Shown here: one piece after another, positions 48,610 through 61,400 of the stretch | Position numbering within the stretch: the first letter of the stretch is position 1 | Layout of the letters: the number at the start of each line of letters is the position of its first letter | Origin: Cyanophora paradoxa CCMP329 | Lineage: Eukaryota; Plantae; Glaucophyta | Direction of reading: 5' to 3' | Length of the DNA stretch: 64,000 nucleotides | Assembly (NCBI GenBank): GCA_004431415.1 | Contig: QPMI01000593.1 | Span: forward strand, 124,001 to 188,000 | Position numbers and translations under genes: made by a program | The notes under the pieces: model-generated | The model's database searches: none | What the model was told of the DNA's origin: nothing | Seen by the model: only the letters and a program-made list of their open reading frames with translations

Positions 48610-49466
48610 CCGGAAATCGCCCGGAGCCGGCGGACGACTTCTAAAAGCTAAATCTAGCGGTTACTGGAGCTAGCACAGAGGTTGACTCTAGCCGGCGGCT
48701 GCAGGCCTAGGCGGCAGCTACGGCGGACTGGCCGAGGAGAGGCAAGCGCTTCGGCTGGGGTTGAGAACCAAGTGCTACAAGCGCTCTACTGGCGCCGTGG
48801 TTGTCGACGAGAGCCTCAGGAGCGGCCGATCGAGCCCGTGCGATCTGACTCAGGTCGATTAGGGGGAGGCGAGCCGCGAGACGGGTACAGTCAGTTACTT
48901 TTGGCAGGCTTGGCGCGGATTTCACGAGCGGCGCTGTGTTGTAGGCAATCGAAAGCGGTGCGCCGCGCTCATTGCGCACATTTGAGACGGGCGCCGCGCG
49001 CTGACGGCGCGCCCAGCAGGCCGCAGCAGGAATCGCCCTCCGCCGGCGCGGCGTTCGCGTGCGCCGCGCCGCGTCAACGTCGCAGCGATCGAGTCGCCTC
49101 CAGCTTGCCCACGGCTGCGGTAAAGTCGCGCTCCTCGTTGTCGCGGCCAATTCCCATCGGCGCCCGCGGCACTCCCGCGCACTCTTGCGTGCCCAGCAGC
49201 AGCGCAGCATTTTTCTATTACCTGCTACCGCGTAGGCAGGCATCGCCGCATCGCCCTACGGGCGGCTCTCACAATTGATCCTCGCATGGCGGGGTCCGCC
49301 TCCCTCAGCGCCGCCATGCGCACATCGCCACCGCAGCGACTCTACCTCTCCTAACTTGCATTTACGTTCGCTGCGCACGCAGGGGGCGCGGCAGCGCGAC
49401 GAACGATCCGGCCGGTATCTCAGCAAGCAACCCCAGTCCTACGCCGGGTCCTTTCCAGCAGCGCTG

Positions 49467-52400
49467 ATGGAACGCGTGGCTCCTAAGCGTCGTGGGGTGG
49501 GTTCTCGCTATGTGCGCGCGTTGTTGCGCCGTATCGCGCGGATGACGCGAGCGCAGGGTAAGCGAGGCGGGAAGAACGGCGCCTCTGAGCGCGAGGGCGC
49601 CGCGTCCAAGGGCGCGCTCTCGTTGCCTCCGTCGTTCCTCGGCGCCGCCGCCCCGATCCGCGCCGTCGCCTCCTCTCCGCCCGTCTCTGGAGCCGCCATC
49701 ACCGGCATCCAGCGCTACCTGCTGGACGAGCAGCCCGTGCTCGACCGCTCCCGCTCCCCGGCACTCCCCGCCGACGCGCTCGGCGCCCCCGCGCACGCAC
49801 CGCCGCCGCCGCCGCCCGCCTTCCGTCCTCCGATCATCCGCATCAAATCGCCGGTCGGCGCCGCGCGCCCGATCCCTCGCGAACGCCTAACTAACGTCCG
49901 CTGCGCGCGCGCGCAGCCGCCGCCGCGCGAGAGGGGAGCCTCCCCGCCCCCGTGGGGACACCCCGTCCGCCGCTTCCGCCCCGCGAACTACAACGCCGCC
50001 GGCGCCGCGTCGCCCGCAGCGAACTCGAACGGCGCGTCTCTCTCCGACTCCGCAGCGGCGCCCCCCTCCGCCTCCGCTCTCCTGCGGACGCCGGCGCGGG
50101 CCGCCGCGCGCGATCCGGCTCCCGCCATTGTACGCACGGTGACGAAGCCAGCGGGCAAGGCGCCCACGCGGCGCTTCGGGCAGCGCGCCCTCCCGCGCGC
50201 CTCGCCGCCGCCGCCGCAGCAGCAGGAGCGCAGCAACGGCAACGACAACGGCCACGGGAGCGCCCCGGCGTACGTCGAGCTCGCCAGCAGCAGCAGCGGT
50301 GTGGAGGAGACCGCGCCGCCTCCGCCTCCGCCCGCGCTCACTCCCGCGCCGGCGCCCTTCGGATCCACGCCGCCCAGGGGCCGGCCCGGAGGCAAGAAGC
50401 TCGCCCGGGGGACGCCGGCCGCGCACCCCTCCACGCCCTCCTCCACCACCGCCTCCGCGCCGCCCTCGCCGGCGCCCCTCTCCGTCCGCTCCTCCCCCGT
50501 CCCCGGTTCCTTCCCTGTACCCCCAATGGCGTCGCCTGCGGCCGGCCACGGCCCCGGCCCCGACCCGCCCCACGGCGTCGGCGTGGGGCCCGTGGGGGGG
50601 TACGGCTCCCACCCGGGCCGGCCCCAGCCCCAGGTCCGCCCGGCATCCTTCACCCCGCCCCCCCGCCCCTCTGAGTGCGTACCCCCGCCCCGCAGGCGGC
50701 GGCTGCGGCGGAGCGCAACGCCATCATGATGGAGACCTACGTTCGGGGTACGCGATTGACCCTCTACCCCTAGCCCTGTCCTGGGCCTCCTCTAATCCTG
50801 GCCGCCCGCGCAGAGACCTTCACGGCCTCGAAGATCGCGGCCTCCGAGGCGCTGCGCCGATCCCGCGCCGTCGCCTCCCCCGCCGACCGGGTACGCCGTT
50901 CTCGCCTCTCTTCTGAGCCCGGGCGAGCCTTCTCCCCTGCCGCTCACGCTCGCCCGCTCGCTCGCGCGCGCGCAGGAGCAGCGCTGCTTCGCGTGCAAGC
51001 GCAAGGCCGGCAGCGCCGGCTCGCTCCTCCCCTGCGAGCGCCCAGGCTGCACCAAGGCACGTCCGCCCGCCCCGCCCCGCCCGCCCCTTCCATCCCGGCC
51101 CCGTTCTTTCCTCTCCGCCCGCCCGCCCGCCCGCCCGCCCGACTGATTCCTTCGTTCTCCTCCTCCTCCGCGCAGACGTACCACAAGAACTGCCTCCTCC
51201 CGAGCCAGGTGCCGCCCCCCGAACCGCGCCTTCTCCTACCCCTCGCCTTGTACCCCTCGTTCTTACCTCGAACCCCGCGGCAGCGCCCGCCGGCGTCGTT
51301 CCGAGCGACGGCGCGGATGCGGGCCGAGGACCCGAACTACGTGCCCTGGGAGTGCCCCTGGCACGCCTGCTGGGCCCCGGTGCCTTCCCTCTCCTCTCCC
51401 GACGTTCCCTACGACGTCTGACGCGCGCGGGGCAGGGGTCGGGCCCCGGGGCGTGCCGGGGCCGCGTGGTGCACTGCGCCTCGTGCCCCCTCGCCCGCTG
51501 CGAGGCGCACCTCGAGGCGGACCTCCGGCCCCTCCTCGGCAAGCCCGTCCTCCACAAGGCGCGCCGCCCTGCCCGTTCCTTTGCTCGCCCCGCTCTGTTT
51601 CTGAGGGGGGCGCGCCGCCGCCTTGCCTGTAGGACTCGGACCCCGACCCTTCGGCCGTCCGCATCGTCTGCGACGCGTGCGGGCCCCTCATTGCGGTCCG
51701 CCTCGCAGCCCCCGGCCCTCCCTTAGAGGATTGGGTTCGACCGTTCGGCAGGCGGTCTCGCACTACCTGGTGCCGGTGGAGGGCGCCGCCGCCCCGCGGG
51801 AGCTCCTCGAGCGCCCGGATCGCCTGCCGGGCCCGCCGCGGCGGCGCGCCGGCGCGGGGCGGGCCACGGCAGCCGCAGCAGCAGCCGCGTCGCGGCGGCC
51901 CACTCGCACCTCGCCGCGGCGTCGGCGCCGGCCGCGGCGGCCAGAACCTCGTCTGAGCGAGAGGCGGCCTCGTCGGCGGCCGCCTCGTCCGAGCGCGCGG
52001 CCGAGGCGGGCGCGGCCCGCGCAGAGCTGGCTGCCATCGCCGCCGCCACCGCCCCGCCGCCCCGCCGGCCCGCCGCCGCCGCCGGAGTCGCCGGAGCTCG
52101 AGGCGGTGGTCATCGACGACGACCAGGCACAGGCGGAGGCGGAGGCGGAGGCGGAGGCGGACGAGGAGCAGATGTACTTCCCCTCGGGCCGGCCCCGCCG
52201 CCAGCAGCGCACGCGGCGCCCCGCAGGCGGCCGCGGCCGCGGCCGCGGCCGCCGCCGCGCCGCCGCCTCGGTCTCCGTCCCCCGCCCCGAGCCCGCCCCT
52301 GCGGACGCCGCTCCCGCGGCCGCCGCCAGCGAGGGCGAGGCGGCGGCGGCGGCGGCGTGGGCGCAGCAGATTCGAGCGGGGCGGCCTGCCGTCGAGGAGA

Positions 52401-53026
52401 CAGAATCGGAGGAGGAGGAGGAGGGGGGGAGGGGACGGGGCGAGGAGGAGGAGGAGGCGGAGCTCGCTCTCGCCAGCGAGGTCGACGAGGAGCCGGCGGG
52501 ACCGCTCCGCACGCCGCCGCGCCTGCCGGACCCGGCGCCGCCTTTGCTCTCCGCCACCGCCACCGCCGCCCTCCGCCGGACCGGACCCTGGGCCGCCGGC
52601 GGCCTCAAGCGGCGCCGGAGCAGCAGCGCCAGCAGCGGCGCCGCCGCTGCCCTCTCCGACCTCATCGAAGGCGGCGGCGGCGGCGCCGGCGCCCCCGCCG
52701 TCGATCTCGCCACGCTCCTGGGAGCGCTCCTGCATGCGCAGCGGCCGGGGCCGGGGCCGGCGGCCCCCGCGGCCACCGCGGCCCGCCCGGCGGCCCTCCC
52801 GGGCACCCTCATCGGCCAGCTGGACGAGGCGAGCGCCCTGGGGCTCGCCCTCGCAGCGGCGGCGGCGGCGGCCGCCGGGGGCGTAGGGGCCGGCGGGGCG
52901 GGGGCGGCGGACGGAATGCACGTGGAGGAGGGGGGGCAGCAGCAGCGGGGCCCGAAGCCCGAGGGGAGCCCCGCCCCCGCCCCCTTCGACGCGGACGCCC
53001 TCTTCGACTTCGGCGCCTTCGAGTAG
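49467..53026 (+). CDS. Mostly disordered protein with an NSD-type PHD-C5HCH zinc-finger module
   Basis: CFACKRK...LLPCERPGCTK/TYHKNCL...WECPWHAC...C...HCASCPLARCEAH; basic N-terminus; ends FDFGAFE*. Confidence 0.75.
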
Positions 53027-53046
53027 GCCTAGGGACCGCAGGACTT

Positions 53047-53068
53047 TCTCTCTCTCTCTCTCTCTCTC
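53047..53068 (+). repeat. (TC)n microsatellite in the 3' flank
   Basis: About 11 TC units. Confidence 0.9.
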
Positions 53069-54097
53069 TTTGAGGGCTTCCCGGTAGGGGCAGCTGCTGC
53101 AGGGGGCGCTGGCGCTTGGCTTGGGTTGTACAGTTGTAGCGGTGTCAGGATTATTCGGGGTTCCGGGTGCACAGCGGTGGCTTGCTTTTCGCTCTGATTC
53201 GAATGTGTGTTTGGCAGACGTGTGGCGTTCGGCTTTGTTTCGGATATGTTTCGGACGAGAAGCCCTCCCGTCCATTTTTGTTGCCGCAGTCCCTTGCTAG
53301 ATAACTTCTTTGAGACGTCAACGTTGGAAAAGACATCGATATCGATATCGTGGTTACGTTTACGAAAGTGTGCCCAGTCGGTGTTTATGTACATCATAGT
53401 ATATCATGATCACGGTATTAAGCGACTGCCACGTGCACGTTGCCAAGTACTAGTTGACATGACATGCACACGCACCAGGCGCGGCAGCCTAGCGCCTGGC
53501 ACTGCAGCACTGTGGCGCCGGCAGTGTGCGGAGACCGTCGGACGCGTTTATATTAATTAATCATTGAATTTGCGACTCGATCCGAGGCTCCGAGGTTCTC
53601 AGGCTCTAGATCTAGATCTAGAGGCCGAGCACGAGCCTCGGCCGCGCGCCTCGTCTCGTGGCCGTGAGTCGTACGCGTGGGCCCCGCGGCCGTGAGCTGG
53701 AATCCACGTGCACTGCGGCCCCGTGGCACGTGCACAGATCTAGATCTCGATTATGAAATTGACACATGCTTCTGAGGTAAAACTGCGTAGGATACTACAG
53801 CCTAGTCTGGCTTCATTGAATTATATACTAGCTAGCATGAACTAGCATTCAGTGAGTAATTCACACATATCAATAAGTACGCATAAGTACACAAACATAC
53901 TAAGAAAGAGAGAGGGGGGCGGCCCGCCGGGCCGGCGGGGGCCGAACCCGTACTACGGTATACACTGGGCGACGGCCAAGTCCTGACCAGGAAAAAGAAG
54001 GCCCGAAAAAGAACCGATCGGGGGGAAAAAGCGGCCGCGGGGGCCGTGGGCGTGGGAAGAGAGAGCACAGGACAGGGAAAAGGGCGGCTGCGGCCCG

Positions 54098-55100
54098 CTA
54101 AGCCTGCTCGGCGAAGATACGGAAGGAGGAAACTCGGACGGTGGGCGAGGGGCCGCCCGAGGGCGCCGGGCTCGGGCGCAGCGGGGGGCCGGGCCCGCCG
54201 GCGCCGGCGCTCGCGGGGGCCAGCGCCGAGCTGGAGGAGGGGGCGAGGGCGCGAAGACGACGGGCGGGCGCGGGCGGCGGCGGGGCGGGCCCCGAAGCCC
54301 CGGCGGGGCGGGGCGGGGCGGGCCCCGGGGGGCGGGAGCGGGCGAGGGCGGCGGCGAGGGCGCGGGCGACGCGCTCGAAGTAGAGGTCCCGGCGGCCGCG
54401 AGGGCCGAGAGCGCCTCGTCGAGGACGGGGCGCCCCAGTCCGGCCCGCCGGGTCGGCGTGCGCCGCCGAGAGCAGCAGGGCGAGGCCGAGGTCGCGGGCG
54501 TGGCGGGGCGGCCCAGGCCGCCCCGCGCGAGCGAGGCGGCCGCCTCGAAGTCGCGGCGGGCGCGGGCACGTCGCCGCGTGCCGAGGCGGCGAGGCCGGAC
54601 CCGACGAGGGCGAGCGGGGCGACGACGGGGAAGCCGCGCAGGCTCGCCAGGTACCGCGCGCCCTGCGCCGCCGCCGCCGCCGCGTCCACGGGCGGGGCCG
54701 AGGCGGGCGCCTTTGCGCCGATGCCCGACGCCGTGCGCCGGACCAGCGTCACCGCCGGCGAGGCGGCGGGGAGGCGGCGGCGGCGGCCTCGTCTGCGGAG
54801 GAGAGGGCGGCGGCGAGGGCCTCGGCGTTGAAGCGGCGCGAGGAGCGCGCCGTGGCGCCCGAGAGCATGCGCCGCGAGTTCTCCCGGCTCCCGCCCGCCC
54901 CCTCGGCCGCCTTGCGCTGCGGCACCGTCGGCAGCGTGGCGAGGAGGACGGCGCCCGGGTGCCTCTCCCGCGGCTGCTCGGCGGCGACGTCGTCGCCGGG
55001 GTCCCCGGGCCGGATTTTGGAGGACGAGGCCCCAGGTGGTGCGGAAGGCCCCGGGGCGCCGCCGCCGCTCCGAGGTCCCCGGCCGGGCGTGGAGGGCGCC

Positions 55101-55131
<31 letters not shown>

Positions 55132-58100
55132 GGTGGGCGACGAGGCGGTCGACGGCGAAGAGGGCGAGCACGTAGACGGCCCCCGCCACGTAGTCCGCCA
55201 TGTAGAACTGGGGGCGGGGCAAAGGAGCGGGGTCAGCTAGCTAGTTCGGAGGAGGGGGAGGAGGAGGAGGAGGAGGAGGAAGAGGGTTTGTTTGATCTTA
55301 GGCCATCTAGACGAGTCTTGGCTTGAGAGCGGGGCCGTTGGGCCGCTAGAGAGGGGGAGGAGGCGAGACGCAGAGTGTGGGATCCACAGATCATCACTCG
55401 TCACCATCGTCTAGGCCGTCTAGACCACCAGAGGGCGGGGCGGGGCGGGGCGGGGCGGGGCGGGGCGGGGCGGACCTGGGAGGCGAAGAAGGCGGGGGAG
55501 GTGACGAGGGCTACGGCGTCGGCGGCGGCGTGCGCGGCGGTGCGGCCGTCGGCGCCGCGCGGGCGGAGGCCGTGCGAGCGCAGCATCGCCTGCGCCTGGC
55601 ACGCAAGCAGCGCGGCGCGGTACTGGGGCGCCAGCGCCGCCACCTCGTGGGCCCGCGCGAAGGCGTCCAGCTGCTCCAGCGCCGTCCCGCTCATGTCCTG
55701 GCTCAGCAGCAGCGTCGCGGCGGCCACCGCCCCCGCCGCCATGCTCATCTCGTCGGTGAGGTCGCGGTGCCGGTCGGCGCGCGCCGCCGCGTCGAGCGTC
55801 GAGGCGTAGAGGGCGTGGGCGAGGGCCGGGGGGGTACCGGGCCCCCGCAGCGTCCCGATCGCGCGGTACATGTTCGCGACGAGCACGGGCCGCACGGCGC
55901 CGCTCTGGGCGCCCAGGTCGGCGAGGGCCGAGAGGGTGCGCTCGGCGCGGGCGAGGCGGCCGGCGGCGAGGTGCGCGGGGCCCGTGTGCCAGAGGACCGA
56001 GCGCCAGCCCTCGTCCGAGGTGCCCTCCTCCGATATGAGCTCGAGGGCGAGCTGGCAGTAGAGGGCCGACTTGCGGTGCCGCCTCTCCAGCCCGCAGACC
56101 GACGCGAAGACCGCGAGCCCGACGGCCGCCGACTCGCCGCGGATGGCGCCGGAGAGGGCGGCGCGGGCGAGGGCGAGGCCGCAGTAGTCGTGGAGGGGGG
56201 CGTCCGAGGTCTGGAGGGCGCCCCACCGGGCGACCTGCAGGAGCCTCGCCGCCTCCTCCTCGGCCTCCGCCCCCGCGCCCGCCCGCCGGCTCTTGGCGGC
56301 GCCGGCCACGGGCAGGCTGATCAGGTCCTCCAGCGCCGGGGCGCGCCGCAGGGCGAGGCCGGCCCGCGCGAAGGCGCAGCGGAGGCGGAGGAGCCAGCGC
56401 GAGGCCGGCAGCGGCCGCCCCAGCGCCCGCAGGCCCGCCCGGCACGCCTCCATCGCGTCCCGGTGCAGCCTGGAAGAAAAGGATAAGAAAAGAAAAGGAA
56501 AGAAAAGGGAGGGAGGGGTACGTACCCCATGCGGTGGAGGACCTCGGAGCGGGAGCGGAGCCAGCGGGCGCGGGTCGCCGGCTCCGCCGCCGGGTTGATC
56601 CGCAGCAGGTCCTCGTACAGCCGCGCCGCCTGAAGCCATGGTGAGCGCGGAGCTCGGGCGGGGTCGGGTGCGGTTGGTTCTAGGCTAGCCCGACGGGCTG
56701 CGTGGCCTGCGCGGGGGTACGCGCCTCGATGTTCGCGTAGTTCTCGAGGGCAGCCGCCGCGCATCGCTCCAGGTACGCCGCCGCCTGCGAACGAAGCGTC
56801 AGAGATGAGGGGGGGTAGGGGGAAGGCGGGGCGCGCCCTGTGGGGCTCGTCGGCGTGGAGGAAGTGGTTGACGAGGGTGGAGAGGGCGGGGAGGTCGGCG
56901 GCGGCGGCCCCCGAGGCGGCCTCCCCGAGGGAGGCCAGGCGGCCCTCGTGGTGGAGGGCGAGCACGCGGTGCAGCGCCCGCCGCTCCTGCACGGGCAGCA
57001 GCCCGTACGCCACCTGAGGGAGGAGAATAAGGAAGGAAGGAAGGAAGGAAGGGAGGAGAGAGGCGCGGGGGGGCGCGCGCCTCCTGCATGATGGCGTTGG
57101 CGAAGGACCACTCCTCCTCCTCCTCCTCGTCCTCCTCGAACTCGGAGGCGGAGGCCCCCCCCGAGCGCAGCGAGGCCGCGACCGACGCCGCGCGCCGCCG
57201 CCGCCGCCGCTCCTCCGCGAACTGGCCGGCGCCCCCGTCCGCCTCCGCGGAACGCCGCGCCGCCCGGCTCCGCGCCGCGGGGCCCCGCCGCTGCGCGCGA
57301 AGAAAGCAGCGCCGCTCAGCTCACATCGCATCAGAGCGGGCTCAGGTGAGCGGGCTCAGGTGAGCGAACCACGACGGCAAGGACCTCGAGCGCCTCGAGG
57401 TCGCTCGTGACGTCGTTCGCGAGCGCCTCCTCCGCCTCCGCCTCCGCCTCCGCCGCCGCCTCGGCGGCCCCGGGCGAGGCGGGGCCCTGGGGCGAGGCCG
57501 TCGAGGCGCGCCGCGGCGTCGTCGTCGCCGAGGGGCGGCCCGAGGGCGCAGAGCTCGAGCCGCGCCGCAGCCGCCGCGGGTGCACGCACGTGATCTCCCG
57601 CTGCTCAGATCGCATCAGATCGGATCAGATCGGATCAGATCAGATCAGATCAGATCTGAGGGGCGGACCACTGTGAACTGCACTCCGACGACGGCGGCGA
57701 GCTTGAGGGTGAGGAGCTGCGAGGGGGAGAGCCTGTCCATGCGCGCCGTGAGCGCCGCCCGCACGTTGTCCGAGGGCTTGATCGGCCGCAGCGTCTTGAC
57801 GAGCGAGCAGGCGCCGGCGGCGTCGACGGAGAGGAAGCCCTCGGAGAGCAGCGCTCGGGCCGAGTCGACGACGAGGAAGGGGACGCCGCTCGTCTCCGTG
57901 AAGATGAAGTCGGCGGCGGGGCGCGGCAGGCTCTCCGCCCCCAGCTTGGCGCACGCCAGCGCCGTCACCTCGTCCCGCGACATGGGCCCCAGCGTGAGGT
58001 GCACGCAGTGCGGCAGGTGCGACATCGAGTCCGTCGAGCGCGCCGCGCTGGAGAAGGGCGGCGGGGGGCGCAGCGAGACGACGAGCATGACGCGCGCCGC

Positions 58101-58359
58101 CGGGTGCTGCGGCATCGCCGAGGCCAGCTCGACGAGGGCCGCCCACGACTGGCTGTCGGCCCCGTGCATGTCCTCCAGCGCGAGCAGCACGGGCTGCGGG
58201 CCCGAGGCCCGCGCGAGGATGAGGCGCGCGAGGAGGACGCGGAAGCCGTAGCCGCGGCCCTCCGCCCCCCGCTCCGCCGGGCCCGGCGCCATCCCCGCCG
58301 CGTTGGAGACCGAGAGGCGGGGCGCCGACGGCAGCGAGTGCCCCGCCGGCGCCCACTGC

Positions 58360-58403
<44 letters not shown>

Positions 58404-61400
58404 GGCGACGGGGGAGTCGGGGCGGGAGGGGGCGCCTCGTGCTGGTGCTCGGGGGCGCGGGGCCGGCGGCGGCGACGGCGGAGGGGCGGCGGAGGCCGAG
58501 GGAGCGGAGGGCGGCCTCGGCGCCGGCGAAGAAGGCCGTGAGGGTGCTGCCCGCCGCGAGGGCCGCGGCGACGGCTTCGGCGAGCCGTGCAGCGAGGCGG
58601 CCGCCGAGCCGCCGCCCGAGCCGCCCCCGCCCGAGCCCGCCCCGCCGCCGCGGTGGACGGAGCCCTCGACCGAGGCGCGGTGGACCGAGCCTCCTCCTCC
58701 TCCCCCTCCCTCGTTGGCCGAGGGCGCCGGCGGCGGCGGCTGCTGCTGCGGGGGCGGAGGCGAGGAGGCCCGCGCGTCGTGCCCGGAGGGACCGGCGGAG
58801 GAGAGGGAGGCGTGGGAGGCGGGCCCCGGGGCGGGGGGCGGGACGGGCTGGCCCCGGAGGGAGGCCCGCCGGTGGGCGTAGGCGGCGAAGGGGAGGCCGA
58901 CGACCTCGGAGTGGGAGATGGAGGTGCGGCGCGGGGCCGCCGCCCCGGAGGCGCCAGGGGCGCCAGGGGCGGGAGCACGCGGGGCGGGCTGGCGAGCGCC
59001 TCGAGGGCCGCCGCGGCACGCGGGGTGGCTCGGGACGCGCCGCAGGCTGCCGCCGAGGGCCGGCGGGGCCGGGCGGGGGCCCTCCGCCTCCAGCTCGACC
59101 CAGCGGACCGAGGCCCGCCGGCTCGCGCCGGCCCCCGATGGGCGAGGCGCAGGGGCCGGGGAGAGAGGCGCAGGGGGCGGGCCGGCGGAGGTGGAGGGCG
59201 TGCGGGAGGGGCCCTGCTGGAGGCTCGCGAAGCCGCCGGCCAGCGCCGAGGAGCGGGCGGGGTTGCTGGGCGACGGGTCCCGCGCCGGCCCCGCGGTCGC
59301 CAGGAGGCCGTGCGAGTGCGAGTGGGAGTGGTGGGAGTGGGAGGCGGGCGGGGCGGGGCCCTGCGCCGGCGCCGGGGCCTCGAGCCGCAGCATGCGGACG
59401 AGGTCCTCGAGGAGGGCGATGTCGGCCTCCGTCTCGAGGTAGGGGACCATCTGGAGGAGGCCGAGGGGGAAGAGGGAGGCGAGGAGGGGCCCCCAGACGG
59501 CGAAGGGGTGCAGGTGGCCCGTCTGCGCCCGCGAGGCGGCGACGGCGACGGCGACGCCGTTCTCCTCGGCGACGCTCGCCGCGTGCGCCACCAGGATGCT
59601 CTTGCCCATCCCGCCTGCAAAGCGGAGCAGAGCTGAGCGGAGCGGGGCGAAGCATAGCGGAGCGGAAGAGAGCGAGGCAGAGGCGCACTGTCGCCCTCGA
59701 TGATGACGGCCGAGGAGCCGCGCTGCGCCTGCGCCGCCAGCTCCGCCAGCGTCGCCGAGAGCGAGCGCCCGGCCGCCGTCGTCGTGTTGCTGCCGCCCGC
59801 CGCGCCGCCGTTGCCGTTGCCCACGGAGCCGGAGGCGGCCATGGCCGAGGAGGCGAAGCCGCCCGGCCGCCCCGAGGGCGACGCGGCGCCGCTCTCCCGC
59901 GCCGCGCCGCGGGCCTTGAGGCTGGCCACCGAGCCGCGGCGGAGGGCGCTGGCGCGGCGGTCGGCCAGGCTCTGCCGCAGGTCCACGCTGCTGCCGCGCC
60001 GCGTGGGCCCCGGCGTGCCGTGCAGCGAGCCGGGCCCTGAGCGCGAGTCGGGCGGGGGCGCCGCGTTGAGCAGCGCCTCGATGCGCGTCTCGAGCGCCTC
60101 CACCTCCTCCTCCCGCCCCACGACCTCCTCGTAGCGCGGGGCGGCGCTGGGCGCCGCCGCCCGCCCCGAGGGCCCCGGGAGGAGCACCGAGGCGCGGCGG
60201 CGCTGGCAGGGGCGGAACGCCGGCACGGCCCCGACGATGCCCTTGAGCGTCAGCTCGGCCGCGAACTCCATCGCCACGCCCGGGAGGCTGCCGCCGGGGC
60301 TAAGAAGGACGGCGGCAGAGGCGGAGAGGCGGAGAGGCGACGGCCACGCACGCGAGGCCGTAGGTCTTGGAGTCGACGAGGATGCCGCCGAGCTGCTCGG
60401 CCTTGGACATCAGCCGCGCCGCCGTGTTCACTGCCCCGCGCGCGCCCCGTCAGGCCGCTGGGACGAGCCAGCGAGCGAGCGAGCGAGCAGACGAGCGGGC
60501 GGGCGGGCGCACCGACGGTGCCGAAGACGGAGAACTCGCAGCGCGTTGTCGAGCCGACTGTGCGGCGCGTCAGGCCGCCCGAGGCGCGGCAGGCAGGGCC
60601 GGGCCAGGGCGGGCGCACCGAAGGTGCAGTAGACGAGGCCCGTCGTGCACCCGATGTTCACCTGTCAGACGCGGCCCGGTCGGTCAGAGGCGGCGCAGTC
60701 AGAGGCGGGCCGGCGCACGTTGACGCCGACGGCGCCGAGGGCGTCGCGGACGTCCACGGCGCACGCCACGCAGCGCACGGGGTCGTCCTCGTGCGCCACC
60801 GGCCTGCGCAAGAGTCAGGGGCGGGCGGGCGGGCGGGTGGTGGGCGGGCGCGCCAGAGGCCGAAGACGCCGATGAAGACGGTGCCCTTGTCGTCGACGAG
60901 GATCTGGCGGAGGCTCCCCTCGTGCGCGTACAGCACCGCCTGCAGCGTCCGCACCTGCGGAACCGCAGCAGCTCAGGTTGGCCGGGCTCAGGGGACGGCT
61001 CGGGGGCGGGGCGCGCGGTGCGCTGGACGGCGGCGTGGCTCATGTCGGCGTGGTCCAGCATCGCGAAGAGGACGGAGACCTGCCCGGAGGAGGAGGCGGA
61101 GGAGGGGCTAAGCCAAGCGCCGGGAGGGAACGAAGGAAAGGGCCCCGCACGGATCGGAACTCGGAGAGGTAGCGGGTCGGGTCCACGTCGTCCCCCCACG
61201 AGCTCATCTCCTCCAGGCGCGCCCGCACCTGCCCGCCCGGCCGGGCGTGAGCAGCGAAGGCGGGGCGGGCCGGGCCGGGGCGGGGGCGGACGGTGTAGGG
61301 CATGTAGAGGGCGACTGCGTCGGCCTGCTCGTCGGTGAGCTTCTGCCGCGCCGCCGCCGCCGCCGCCGCCGGGCGCGCCGTCGAGGAGCCCGGGGCCCGG

